DNA of 64,000 nucleotides from Candidatus Eiseniibacteriota bacterium (GCA_963792585.1 CAWBWI010000006.1:224001-288000); one strand, 5' to 3'. Shown: positions 49,163 to 59,157, numbered from the stretch's first letter. Notes: generated by a model not told the origin, from the sequence alone. Program-made: numbers and translations.

Positions 49163-50776
49163 CTAGCGCCGCCAACCTGCGAGCAGGACGACTTCGAACC
49201 GATCGTCGGCCCCGGCCGCCGATCGGTTTCCCGCATTGCGGATGCGGGCCACCGTCGCACGCAGGTCCACGAAGAGGTTGTCCCGCGGATCCCACCGCCA
49301 GCCCACGGCGAAGGACCTCCGGCGTTCGACCGGAGGGGTGAGACGGAGCGCATCCCGCGTCGGATGATCCGAACCGTCGACGCCCGGCGTCCATGCATCC
49401 CCGAAACGGCCGGCCCCCTTGTTGGCGACGATCGCCCGCGCCTCGAGTCGGTGGTCACGGGACAAGGATCGCTTTGCCCAGATCTGGACCGCTTCCCGAT
49501 CGGGACCGTTCGGCTCTCCCAGCGGGAAGCCCTGATGGGCCCAGCCACACTCGCAGTCGTTCTTGTAGTCGACGTTGTAGACGTAGCGCCCGACCTTCAC
49601 GCCTTCGGCGCCGATCTCGATGGGAACACCGGCGATCTGCGCAAGCGAGGCGACTCCGATGCGTCCGCCGACGCGGGCGGGCGCATCGTTGGTGGCGGCG
49701 GGCAGGTCGTCGACCAGCGCCTCAACGTAGGCCAGCCAACCGGCGCGGGGGCGCCAGACGGCGTCGATCGCGGCGAGCACGTTGTTGCGCTGGGCCTCGC
49801 GCGTCGCGGGATCGGCCGTGTCCTGCTCATCGAGACGCTGCACGAGGGTGTACGGGAGCAGTCCCAACAGGTAGAGCGGATGTTCCGGCCCCCCGACATA
49901 GCGCACGCCTTCCGAGAGACCGATCGCGAGATTGCGGGAGATCGGGATGTCGAGCCGGTGGGCGGCGATCCCCCGCTTCTCGGAGACGTTGAGACTCCCG
50001 GTCCAGGAGCTGAATCGGATCCGGGCGGGAAGAGACAGGTTCCACTCGAGGAAGTTCACGGGCGGCGCGGCGCCGCCGAGCAGCAGGCTGCTGCCCGGCG
50101 CCGGCCCCCAACGGTGACGCGCGCGCGCCAGTCTCACGCGAAGATCGCGCGCCGCGAAGGTCACGCCGACATTCTCGCTGAAGTAGAGGATGTCGGTGTG
50201 CGCGATCAGAGGATCGCCGATCGATCGCCCGTTCCGGACCTCGCCGATGAAGAGTTCGCCCTGGATCGCCGTGCCCGTTCCATAGAGTAGAACGCCATAG
50301 AGCCCCGCCCGCGTGGAGTCGCCCAGCACGTTCCGACCGTCGCCGCCGCGAGTCTGGAACGACAGCGTAGGACCGATGCGCAGCTCGGACCGGGCGCCGT
50401 CGAGCGCGGGATCATCCGGAGCCGCTTCGCCCGCCAGTCGAATGGCCGCAGGGGTCTCTCGCTCGGAAACCGGCTCGCCGCTGCGTCGGATCTCCCGCGC
50501 GAAGGAACGGCGCAGGCGCGCGAACTCGAATCCGACGAGCGGGTTCTCCGCGGCGCCCGCGATCCACGCGGCCGCCTCCCCTCGCGGGATCGGCCGCAGA
50601 TTCGTGCTCCCCGCGGGAAGGGCGCCGGACAGCTCGAGCCGCCAGAAATCCTCCCACGATGCATCTCCGGCATCGAGCATCTCGGGGGCGAGAGGTCCCG
50701 CGCCGGCGGGAGCGTGGAGCGCGGCCGCGACGAGAACGGCAGCGGCGATGCCGGCCGCGCGATTCGTTCGTTTCAT
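49163..50776 (-). CDS. Capsule assembly Wzi-family outer membrane protein
   Basis: RWGPAPGSSLLLGGAAPP, AAHRLD, GLSEGVRY, PLGEPNGPD motifs; signal peptide. Confidence 0.72.
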   Translation of the reverse strand: MKRTNRAAGIAAAVLVAAALHAPAGAGPLAPEMLDAGDASWEDFWRLELSGALPAGSTNLRPIPRGEAAAWIAGAAENPLVGFEFARLRRSFAREIRRSGEPVSERETPAAIRLAGEAAPDDPALDGARSELRIGPTLSFQTRGGDGRNVLGDSTRAGLYGVLLYGTGTAIQGELFIGEVRNGRSIGDPLIAHTDILYFSENVGVTFAARDLRVRLARARHRWGPAPGSSLLLGGAAPPVNFLEWNLSLPARIRFSSWTGSLNVSEKRGIAAHRLDIPISRNLAIGLSEGVRYVGGPEHPLYLLGLLPYTLVQRLDEQDTADPATREAQRNNVLAAIDAVWRPRAGWLAYVEALVDDLPAATNDAPARVGGRIGVASLAQIAGVPIEIGAEGVKVGRYVYNVDYKNDCECGWAHQGFPLGEPNGPDREAVQIWAKRSLSRDHRLEARAIVANKGAGRFGDAWTPGVDGSDHPTRDALRLTPPVERRRSFAVGWRWDPRDNLFVDLRATVARIRNAGNRSAAGADDRFEVVLLAGWRR

Positions 50777-50878
50777 TGGTTTGCGCACGGGGCCAGTTTC
50801 CGACAACGCCCGCTCGCGGGGAAGCGGATTCTGCCGAGCGCCTTGCGTTCCGCGGCCCCGGTTCATCAGAATCGGAAT

Positions 50879-51655
50879 ATGTCGACCCTTCTACCCATGC
50901 TCTTCCTGGCGGTGATGAACCTGCAGACCGCGGGTGGCGACGGCGTTCCCGCCGCAGAGGTGCGCTCGGCCACCGACGTGCGCGATCCGGTCTTCGCCTT
51001 TCTCGTGGGGCTCGTCGACGAGGACCTGTACGGGACCATCGATGCGACATCCCTCGAGGAGGCAACGCGCCGCGCCGCCCGATCGAGCCCGCTACCGTAT
51101 CGCCGCCTCGACACGATGACCCGCTCTTCCGAGAACCGGGATCGCACGGCCCTCATCGATCTGCGTTTCGACGAACGGCTCGTCCTGCCGATCCCCTACC
51201 GAATCCTCGGATATGCCCCCGGTAGCCTGCGGGCCACGCGCGAAGCCGACTTCCGAGAGTGGATCCTGGGTGAGCTGGTCTTCTCATACCGCCCCCGAAC
51301 GGACGCGCAGCCGATCGAGGTGCGCCTCTCCGACGTCCACCTCTTCGCCCTGCGCAGCGGAGAGATGTGGGTCGACATCGACGGCTGGCTGGACGCGATC
51401 GTCGGCGGCAAGCTCGACGACACGCGGATCACTGGGCTGGCGCTCTTTCGCTATGCCGGGGAGCGGTGGGGCCTGGCCGTTGGGTACAACCGCGACTGGG
51501 AAGGCCGCTCGGGCCTCCTGAGCATGAAGAAGGATGCGATCGAGTTCCCCAGCCCACCGCCATTGAAGACGGCGGCGTGGAAGCTGCGTCAGATCCTGGA
51601 GGGACTCGAGCCGTCCCTACGTCCCGACAGTCTCCGCGCGAAGGGTTCTCGCTAG
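50879..51655 (+). CDS. Hypothetical exported protein
   Basis: Signal-like N-terminus and normal composition; fills the gap between Wzi and the terminator. Confidence 0.6.
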   Translation: MSTLLPMLFLAVMNLQTAGGDGVPAAEVRSATDVRDPVFAFLVGLVDEDLYGTIDATSLEEATRRAARSSPLPYRRLDTMTRSSENRDRTALIDLRFDERLVLPIPYRILGYAPGSLRATREADFREWILGELVFSYRPRTDAQPIEVRLSDVHLFALRSGEMWVDIDGWLDAIVGGKLDDTRITGLALFRYAGERWGLAVGYNRDWEGRSGLLSMKKDAIEFPSPPPLKTAAWKLRQILEGLEPSLRPDSLRAKGSR

Positions 51656-51673
51656 GACGTCCTCAAGGCGGTT

Positions 51674-51704
51674 AAAAGACCCGGGGCCTTTCGGCCCCGG
51701 GTCT
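51674..51704 (-). terminator. Intrinsic terminator
   Basis: 12-bp stem AGACCCGGGGCC/GGCCCCGGGTCT, GAAA loop on the minus strand, then a U tract. Confidence 0.8.
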
Positions 51705-51735
51705 CAGGCTTACCTAACAAACTTGGAAAGTCAGA

Positions 51736-52728
51736 CTACCGGAAGTTCGCCTTGATCGAGCCCCAGGAGCTGTCCTGAGTCGGCACGATCGGGCAGGGGT
51801 TCGGATCGCAGACGGTCCCGTCGCCTTGGTACGCACCACCAAGGGTCTCGCACTCGGGCGGGGTCACAACGTGGCACTCGCCCTGATCGCCGACGCAGCA
51901 GGCGCCTATCGGGGGAGCGACGGGGTTGCTATACAGCTTGAAGCCCTGATCCCAACCGGCCCAGCAGGGCTGGTTGGCCCCGATGCTGATCGCATTCCAG
52001 GGGAGTTCCGTGCCGCTCCAAGTGTCCCACCACATAGCCTCGCACTGGCTATTGCCCACACCCGGGTACACGCGGTTGAAGAACTGCGTTACGCCAGTGC
52101 CGTAGCTCGTGAAGTCGAAGTCGGCCGAAACGCTGACCCAGTAAGGAACACCGTAATCGGCATAGAACGGCTGCGGAAGTGTGATGCAATACGCGAAGTT
52201 CCGGACGAGACCGGTGGTGATCTCTTCCTCGACGAACACCGGGCAGTACTGATCGTAAGCGATGGCGCCGATCGCCTCTTCGCCGGAGACCGTTCCGTCC
52301 GGGCACCAGAAATTCGCACCCGGAGCGTAGAACTTCACGCAGAAGCCATGAAGCGAGCCCGGGGTCTCGAGATGGTAGGTGTAACCATCGGCGTTGTAAC
52401 GAGCCCAGATCTTCACTGCGGTGATCGGATCGCCACCGAGGCCGAAGAAGTCGTCCGCCACCCGGCGGCCGTCCGCAGGGTAACCGGCGTCGTTGACAGC
52501 GTTGATGAAGCAGCCGGCGCTCCCGGCGGTGGCACACCCTGTCGGCGGGGTAAACTCGTCAAACATTCCGGTGTCCCAACACACGGTGCCGGGACACTCA
52601 ACACTGCGGATCGAGCCTCCAGGACCGGAGGCTCCATCGTTCTCATCGACACTCTGGGGAACGATGGCAAGTGCGGGCAGCGCGAGGGTCATGAGACCCA
52701 GGGCCGCGATGACAATAACCTTACGCAT
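51736..52728 (-). CDS. Secreted Cys-rich protein with GACC module and C-terminal SWGSIK motif
   Basis: Signal peptide; VADDF; GACC..C..C..GGAYQGDGTVCDPNPC; ends PTQDSSWGSIKANFR; GGAGGAG SD. Confidence 0.8.
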   Translation of the reverse strand: MRKVIVIAALGLMTLALPALAIVPQSVDENDGASGPGGSIRSVECPGTVCWDTGMFDEFTPPTGCATAGSAGCFINAVNDAGYPADGRRVADDFFGLGGDPITAVKIWARYNADGYTYHLETPGSLHGFCVKFYAPGANFWCPDGTVSGEEAIGAIAYDQYCPVFVEEEITTGLVRNFAYCITLPQPFYADYGVPYWVSVSADFDFTSYGTGVTQFFNRVYPGVGNSQCEAMWWDTWSGTELPWNAISIGANQPCWAGWDQGFKLYSNPVAPPIGACCVGDQGECHVVTPPECETLGGAYQGDGTVCDPNPCPIVPTQDSSWGSIKANFR

Positions 52729-52938
52729 GACTCCTCCCAACGCGGAGATGATGTGAAACACTGTGTCCATGGACTGTCGCACTCCGCACCGGCGGAACCA
52801 CAGATCGGGTTCCGCGTATACCAAGTCGCCGGCTGGGAAACAGGTGTGCAAGCCTGGGCCGACGACCCGGCTTGGTACGGCTGTCAATTATTTTAGCAGA
52901 AGTTGTTGAATTGTCAACACATCGACCGTAACAGCGTG

Positions 52939-52979
52939 CCTAATCCCGCCCCTTGACCATGGCCCAGGGCGGGATTAGG
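52939..52979. repeat. Perfect 13-bp inverted repeat in a divergent intergenic region
   Basis: CCTAATCCCGCCC-N15-GGGCGGGATTAGG. Confidence 0.7.
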
Positions 52980-53025
52980 GTACCAACAACGATGAATGGG
53001 GAGCCCCCCGAAGGAGGAACCGACT

Positions 53026-53328
53026 ATGTCCGAGCGCAATACAGCCTCTGATCGCCTAGCGTATCTCCTTATTGGAGCCGGTATTGGAGCGACACTTGCT
53101 CTGCTCTTCGCCCCGAAATCCGGCAAGGAACTTCGCCGGGACATCGCCGATGTCTCCCGCAAGGGCGTCAAGAAGGGTACCGACGTCGCTCACGCCATCG
53201 GAGAGAAGGTCTCCGACCGAGTCGAGGGCGTACGGGAAGCCGTCGAGAGGCAGAAGACCTCCCTGAGCAGCGCCATCGAGGCCGGCAAGACCGCTTATCG
53301 CGAGGAGCGTTCCCGGAGCGATTCCTAG
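53026..53328 (+). CDS. YtxH domain-containing protein
   Basis: LIGAGIGATLALLFAPKSGKELR signature; AAGGAGG SD. Confidence 0.9.
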   Translation: MSERNTASDRLAYLLIGAGIGATLALLFAPKSGKELRRDIADVSRKGVKKGTDVAHAIGEKVSDRVEGVREAVERQKTSLSSAIEAGKTAYREERSRSDS

Positions 53329-53349
53329 ACTCATTCCCGGGAGGGATCC

Positions 53350-53919
53350 GTGAACGGATTCGAAGGCCTCCTGGCCGCGATCATCATCATCCAGGCCGCC
53401 GTTCAGGTGGTCGTTCTCTACATGCTCTACCGCGTAGTAGCGAAACTCGCCGAACGCACGGACAAGCTGCTGACCCGGATCGAACCGGAGATGGACGACC
53501 TGGCGGCTGGAATTCGCGCGATCCGGAAGGCGGCCGAGGTTTCCTCGGCCGAGTTGAAGGCGACCCTGGCCGGAGTCCGCGGGACGACGGAAGAACTCAA
53601 TGGGATGGTCCGGGTCCAGGCGGAGGACATCGGTCGATTGATCGGGCGCGCGACGGCGATGGCCGAACGGCAGATCGACGAGATGGATCGCGCCCTCGAC
53701 GACGCGCGAGGTCGCCTGATCGAGATCGGAAGCGGATTCGATCGCACGATCCTCGAACCCGCGCGAACCGTTCTCGCGGTGGCGACGGGCGTCAGGCGCG
53801 CGATCGGCGCGGTGGTCGCGCCGCGCGCTCGGGTCGTTCAGGACAGCCGCCCCGCCGAGTTCGACCTGACCCGCGCGCCGGACCCGTGGTCCGATCCCGC
53901 CGATGTCGGATCTTCGTGA
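53350..53919 (+). CDS. Membrane-anchored coiled-coil protein (DUF948/YoxC-like)
   Basis: N-terminal TM then long amphipathic helices; next to YtxH. Confidence 0.6.
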   Translation: MNGFEGLLAAIIIIQAAVQVVVLYMLYRVVAKLAERTDKLLTRIEPEMDDLAAGIRAIRKAAEVSSAELKATLAGVRGTTEELNGMVRVQAEDIGRLIGRATAMAERQIDEMDRALDDARGRLIEIGSGFDRTILEPARTVLAVATGVRRAIGAVVAPRARVVQDSRPAEFDLTRAPDPWSDPADVGSS

Positions 53920-54406
53920 TCAGCTCCGCAAGGCGGGCCTGGTCTCCGATAAGCAAGTCCGCCGGGCGAAGCATGAAGAGCGCCTCCACGCGAGCGAGGT
54001 AGGACACAAGGGGATCGAGGCCGAGCGGCTGGCCGAGGAAGAGCGGCTGCGCGCGGAGGCCGAGGAGCGCCGCAAGGCGGACAAGGCGCGCGCCGAGGAA
54101 CTGAAGCGCCGCCAGGCCGAGAGCGAGGCGCACGATCGTCTGGCCGCGACGATCCGTGGCGGTTGGATCCGCGAGGCGACGGCCGGATCCCGAAGAATCT
54201 TCTTCGAGACGCGCACGGGACGGATCACCTTTCTGGACCTATCCGATAGTGCGGTTCGGTGGCTTTCGAGCGGTCGCGCCGCGATCGTTGAAACTTGCGG
54301 CTTCGTGAGGGGAGAGTTCTGCGTCGTGACCGACAGGTCGGCCGCGACGATCCGGCAGGACCGCCCGGAGATCATCCGATTGTGGGGCGACCGCGCGGAA
54401 GACTAG
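53903..54406 (+). CDS. DUF2058 (YaiL-like) family protein
   Basis: MSDLRDQLRKAGLVS N-terminus, charged coiled coil, LSSGRAAIV. Confidence 0.75.
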   Translation: MSDLRDQLRKAGLVSDKQVRRAKHEERLHASEVGHKGIEAERLAEEERLRAEAEERRKADKARAEELKRRQAESEAHDRLAATIRGGWIREATAGSRRIFFETRTGRITFLDLSDSAVRWLSSGRAAIVETCGFVRGEFCVVTDRSAATIRQDRPEIIRLWGDRAED

Positions 54407-56499
54407 GCGTTCGCGATCTCGCTCTCGGGTGTGTTCATCGCCTGCCGGCGCGAGAGCCGGATCTTCCCGCGATCCGTGCCGAGGACCCGCACCAGCATCT
54501 CATCCCCCTCCGCCGCGACCTGAGACGGATCCTGGATCGGACCCTGCGCCAGTTCACTCGCGTGGACGAGCCCCTCGATTCCCTCGAACAGCCGAACGAA
54601 GACCCCGAACTCCTTCACGCCCGTGACAATCCCGCGGTAGACGCGGCCGACCTCCGGCTCGTCGGTGAGATCGTGAACCCGGCGGACGGCGAGCTTCAAC
54701 GAAGCTGCGTCGCGTGCGTAGATGCGGACCGTGCCGTCATCGGAGACATCCACCTTCGTCAGCGTATCGGCCTGGAGAGCCTGAATCACCCGGCCGCCTG
54801 AGCCGATCAGGTCGCGGATGCGGTGGGTTCCGATCTTCAGGAATGCGACGCGCGGCGCGTGCGGGGAAAGTTCCGCGCGGGGTCGAGGCAGCGCCTTGGC
54901 CATCTCGGCCAGGATGTGCAGACGTCCCGCGCGCGCCTGCTCGAGCGCGCGATCGAGGAGGTCGAGCGGGAGGGCGCCGACTTTGTTGTCCAGCTGAACC
55001 GCCGTGATCCCCTTCTCCGTTCCGGCCACCTTGAAGTCCATGTCCCCGAGGTGGTCCTCGTCGCCGAGTATGTCCGAGAGAATGGCCACCCGATCCCCTT
55101 CGCGAATCAAACCCATCGCGATTCCGGCTACGGGGCGCAGGATCGGCACGCCGGCATCCATGAGCGCGAGGCATCCCCCGCAGACGCTCGCCATGCTCGA
55201 GGAGCCGTTCGAGGAGGTGATCTCCGACTCGATCTTGATCGTGTACGGGAAGACCTCCTGCGACGGGAGCACCGGCTCGAGCGCCCGGCGCGCCAAATTG
55301 CCGTGGCCGATCTCGCGCCGGCCTGGCGCGCGTAGAGGGCGCACCTCGCCCACGGAATAGGAGGGGAAACGGTAGTAGAGCTGGAACGCTTCGCGGCGCA
55401 CGCCGTGCAGTCCCTCGACCTCTTGCTCGTCGGAACCGGTGCCGAGGGTGCATACGACCAGCGCCTGCGTCTCGCCGCGCGTGAAGAGGGAGGAGCCGTG
55501 CACCCTGGAAATCCAGCCGACCTCACAGGCGATCGGCCGGATATCGCGCGTCCCCCGTCCGTCGGCGCGCCGCTGCGTCTCGAGAACGATCCCGCGGAAA
55601 TCACTGTGGAGCAGATCGCCGAACGCCGCGGAGATCTCCGCCTCGCGTCCCTCGAAGCGCGGGGCGAGGGCGAGGAGCGTCGCCCCGTGCGCAGCGCGAA
55701 TGGCGTCGCCGCGCGCGCCCTTGTCGGCGATCACCGCCGCTGCGTGGATCGCTTCATCCGCCTGCTTCCAGACCGCCTCGCGCAGTTCGACGTCCGCCGG
55801 CGGCGACGCGAACTCCCGCTTTACCTTGCCCTCGTTGCGAAGCCCCTCGAGCAGCCGGAGTAGCGGGGCGAGCCGCTCGGCCGCGTAGGCGAGCGCTCCG
55901 CGCAGATCGTCCTCGGTCGCCTCGCGCGCCTGCCCCTCGACCATCACGAGCCCCTCCGTTCCAAGGGTGACGATCAGATCGAGCACCACGTGGTCGCGAT
56001 CTTCGCGGGTCGGGTTGGCCAGCAGTTGGCCCTCCGGCGATCGCACGATCCGTGCCGCCGCCACCGGCCCGTTCCATGGGATATCGGAGAGTTGCAGGGC
56101 GGCGGCCGCGCCGATGATGCCGAGGATTCCCGGGTCACCGTCCGTCCCGCAGGCGAGCACCGTGGCGAGGAGTTGAACCTCGCAGCGATACCTCTCGGGA
56201 AAGTGCGGACGGATCGAACGGTCGATCAAACGGCTCGTCAGGATCTCGTGCTCGCCGGCCTGCCCTTCCCGCTTCCGATAGCCGCCGGGAAACCGGCCCA
56301 CCGCGCTGAAGCGCTCCCTGTACTCGACCGTCAGGGGAAAGAAGTCAGTACCCTCGCGGGGTTCCTCGGCCGCGACGACGGTGACCAGTACAACCGTCTC
56401 ACCCTCGCGGACGAGGACGGCGCCGTTCGCCTGATGGGCGATCTTCCCCCACTCCATCGTGAAGGTCCGGTCGAGGATGCGGATCTCGCTCGTTCCCAT
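54403..56499 (-). CDS. pnp: Polyribonucleotide nucleotidyltransferase (PNPase)
   Basis: DFFPLTVEY, RLIDRSIRP, FTRGETQAL, RREIGHG, SNGSSSMAS, DHLGDMDFKVAG, KH and S1 domains. Confidence 0.95.
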   Translation of the reverse strand: MGTSEIRILDRTFTMEWGKIAHQANGAVLVREGETVVLVTVVAAEEPREGTDFFPLTVEYRERFSAVGRFPGGYRKREGQAGEHEILTSRLIDRSIRPHFPERYRCEVQLLATVLACGTDGDPGILGIIGAAAALQLSDIPWNGPVAAARIVRSPEGQLLANPTREDRDHVVLDLIVTLGTEGLVMVEGQAREATEDDLRGALAYAAERLAPLLRLLEGLRNEGKVKREFASPPADVELREAVWKQADEAIHAAAVIADKGARGDAIRAAHGATLLALAPRFEGREAEISAAFGDLLHSDFRGIVLETQRRADGRGTRDIRPIACEVGWISRVHGSSLFTRGETQALVVCTLGTGSDEQEVEGLHGVRREAFQLYYRFPSYSVGEVRPLRAPGRREIGHGNLARRALEPVLPSQEVFPYTIKIESEITSSNGSSSMASVCGGCLALMDAGVPILRPVAGIAMGLIREGDRVAILSDILGDEDHLGDMDFKVAGTEKGITAVQLDNKVGALPLDLLDRALEQARAGRLHILAEMAKALPRPRAELSPHAPRVAFLKIGTHRIRDLIGSGGRVIQALQADTLTKVDVSDDGTVRIYARDAASLKLAVRRVHDLTDEPEVGRVYRGIVTGVKEFGVFVRLFEGIEGLVHASELAQGPIQDPSQVAAEGDEMLVRVLGTDRGKIRLSRRQAMNTPESEIANA

Positions 56500-56768
56500 C
56501 GTTCACCTCCCCATGACGTCGCTCACCGGAGGACGCTACCCGCCCTTCGTGAATGCGTCCACATGATCCGGCTTGGTTGTATCGAGATCGAGGATGTATC
56601 GAAAGCGATCGGAACGCGACGGTTTGGTGTAGGACCCTACGCAGAACCTCCTACGACGACGGACCCGTCCGCACGGCCCCCCCGGCGGACGGGTCCCGTC
56701 TTTGGGCTCGAACCAAGGTCACGGAGCATCCTGCGGGAGCCTGCGCCGACGCGCCGGACGGCCGCGAG

Positions 56769-58406
56769 CTAGCGCGTCACCTCGATCACCACCGCCGGGC
56801 TCATGGGACGATCCGGGAGCATCAACGTTGCCTGGATCGTGTATGTCCCACGATCCATCCGCCCCACGGGCGCGATCCGCCCGTCCCAGCGTTCCGTGTA
56901 CTCGACGCGCCCCTCGGCAGGGATCGTCACGTCGGTGACCACTTGGGGAAATCCCTTACCGTCCGACCATCTCCAGTCCCAACCGGGCCTCATCGTGCGG
57001 GGATCGTCGAGCAGGAAATCGTAGATCTGCGCCGTGGGAAAGTGAAGCGTCACCGGCTCGGGTCCCGGGTTGCCGATCGAAAGGCGGAAGGTCCGCTCCG
57101 TGTCCGGCGGCGCAGAACGGGGCTCGACGGCGAACCGCAAGAGGAGCGGCGGCACGGGCGTCCCGACCACGAGGCGCGCCGGCCCGATGGGCACCATCGT
57201 CTCGGCCGGAATCTTCGCCATGACGGCGTAGGCGCCGACGGGAACGACGGTGCCGCGGTTCGACGTTCCGGGCCACTCGATCTCGTAGACGCGTTCCTCG
57301 CCCGGCTGGAATTCGAGCTGGGTCGGTGTCGGATCGAAGACGCGATCGTGCGCCCAGTTCCAGACAACGGCCTGCATCGGCGGCGGATCGTGCGGGTGAC
57401 CGGGGCCCCCGTGCATTCCCCCATCGCCGGAACCGTGACGCATCGAATCTCTCGTCGCGCAGCCCATGATCGCGATGTCGTAGGTCTGCGTCGTCGGGAA
57501 ACGAAGCGTGATAGCTGAGTCGGAGCGATTGCGCAGCGTCAGGACAACCGTGCGGGCCGTGCCGACCTCCCCCTGGGGAGGACGGACCTCGACGGTGCCG
57601 GTCACGATGGGCCGCGGCGGCTCCGTCTGGAGGATCCGCTCGGTCATCTGGTGGAGTTGCTCCGCGAGCGCGCGAAGCGCCCGGGGAGCGAGGTCGATCT
57701 CCGCCACCACGAGCTTTCGGTGATCCTGGTCGGGCCGGAAGAGGATCCTGAACACCAGGCTGTCGGAGGGAGGGTCGCTCACATAGCGGTCCTCGAGGTC
57801 CATGAACCCCGCTTCGCGGAAGAGGGCGCGCACGCGCGCGACCTGTTCCTCGGGAAGAGACACGCGGACGGGCGGACCGTCCCCCCTGCGAAATGCAACC
57901 GCCCACCCATCCGCGCCAATCACCAATTCCTCGAATCGACCTCCACGGCCTCCCTCGATGGAGAAACGCACCATCGTGTCACGGGGCAGGACGTGCGTTG
58001 GATAGTCGATCCGGCCGTTCGAACCATGGATTCGGATCGTCCGTGCTCCCGCCCCGCAGGCGGGAAGGGTCGCGACGGCGCTGAATTCGCCGGACCCGAA
58101 CGACGTTCCGGCAATGCGCCGCCCGACGGGGCGGATCTCGATGATCTCGCCGGAAGTCGGACCTACCTCGAACCCCGACAGCACCCAGTCCGCGTTGGGA
58201 CTCGTACCCCAGATCTGGATATCGACCGGTTGGCCCTCCTCGATGCTCTCGGGGACGACGGCTCCGCCGATGGCGGGCAGCGAGGTCGCCGCCGGACGCG
58301 TCGGCTCATCGCCGCAACCGGGCAGGATGATGAAAGAGCAACAGATCAGGATCGAGATCAGGAACGGAAGGGCGGAGCGCGGGCGAACGGATGTCCTACT
58401 TTCCAT
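56769..58406 (-). CDS. Lipoprotein with two tandem BsuPI-like (intracellular proteinase inhibitor) domains
   Basis: ILPGC lipobox; LRFPTTQTYDI..WNWAHDRVF and LHFPTAQIYDF..WRWSDGKGFPQV repeats; GGAGGT SD. Confidence 0.75.
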   Translation of the reverse strand: MESRTSVRPRSALPFLISILICCSFIILPGCGDEPTRPAATSLPAIGGAVVPESIEEGQPVDIQIWGTSPNADWVLSGFEVGPTSGEIIEIRPVGRRIAGTSFGSGEFSAVATLPACGAGARTIRIHGSNGRIDYPTHVLPRDTMVRFSIEGGRGGRFEELVIGADGWAVAFRRGDGPPVRVSLPEEQVARVRALFREAGFMDLEDRYVSDPPSDSLVFRILFRPDQDHRKLVVAEIDLAPRALRALAEQLHQMTERILQTEPPRPIVTGTVEVRPPQGEVGTARTVVLTLRNRSDSAITLRFPTTQTYDIAIMGCATRDSMRHGSGDGGMHGGPGHPHDPPPMQAVVWNWAHDRVFDPTPTQLEFQPGEERVYEIEWPGTSNRGTVVPVGAYAVMAKIPAETMVPIGPARLVVGTPVPPLLLRFAVEPRSAPPDTERTFRLSIGNPGPEPVTLHFPTAQIYDFLLDDPRTMRPGWDWRWSDGKGFPQVVTDVTIPAEGRVEYTERWDGRIAPVGRMDRGTYTIQATLMLPDRPMSPAVVIEVTR

Positions 58407-58693
58407 GGTGACCTCCCAGTCGGGGTTGCACCCCTCGGCGACGATGGTACGACCTCGCGCCCCGAATGAGAAGTCATCCCTTGCCGGGTGCGGTTGCCGG
58501 GAATCCGCCTTTGAAGGGTACCGGGACCGCCGGATTCCGAATCTCCCGGGGTCAACCCGGACGGTAATCGGCCGGATGGGAATCCGTCCGCGCGGTGGCG
58601 CGCGGCCCTCGACCGCGCGGTCCCCCGGTCGTAGAATCGGCCCAGCCCCAAGCGGGCGCGGACCGGACGGCAATCCGGCCGAAGGAGTGCGCG

Positions 58694-59149
58694 ATGAATG
58701 AACCTCGTCCCAGAACGGCCCTGGCCGACGCTCTACATGATCACCATCGTCTGCTCGAGATCCAAGCGCGCCTCGTGGGGCACTTCGCCGATGGATCGTG
58801 CCCCGCGTTCAAGACATGGATCCTGGACGTCCGGCGCGAACTCGAGGAACTGGCCGAGATGCTCGATGGCCACTTCGCCCAGGAGGAACTCGAGCGGCTG
58901 CACGATGAGATCGCGGCCGCGCTGCCGAATGCGAGCCACCGACTCGACACGCTTCTGAAAGAGCACCGGACGATTCTCTCGCGCTGCGAAGCCTTGCGCG
59001 AGCTGTCCGTCCGGACGGAGAAGCCGGGGGAGGATTTCCCCCTGCGCAACGAGGCGAGTGAGTTCTTCGCACTCCTCGACAGCCACGAGCGGGCGGAGCG
59101 TGAGCTCTTCCTGCAGGCTCTCGAGGGGGACGGCGGCTCGCCCGACTGA
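58694..59149 (+). CDS. Hemerythrin/HHE cation-binding domain protein
   Basis: DHHRL, HFAQEE, EHRTI, HERAE motifs; AAGGAG SD. Confidence 0.8.
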   Translation: MNEPRPRTALADALHDHHRLLEIQARLVGHFADGSCPAFKTWILDVRRELEELAEMLDGHFAQEELERLHDEIAAALPNASHRLDTLLKEHRTILSRCEALRELSVRTEKPGEDFPLRNEASEFFALLDSHERAERELFLQALEGDGGSPD

Positions 59150-59157
59150 GGAGAACC

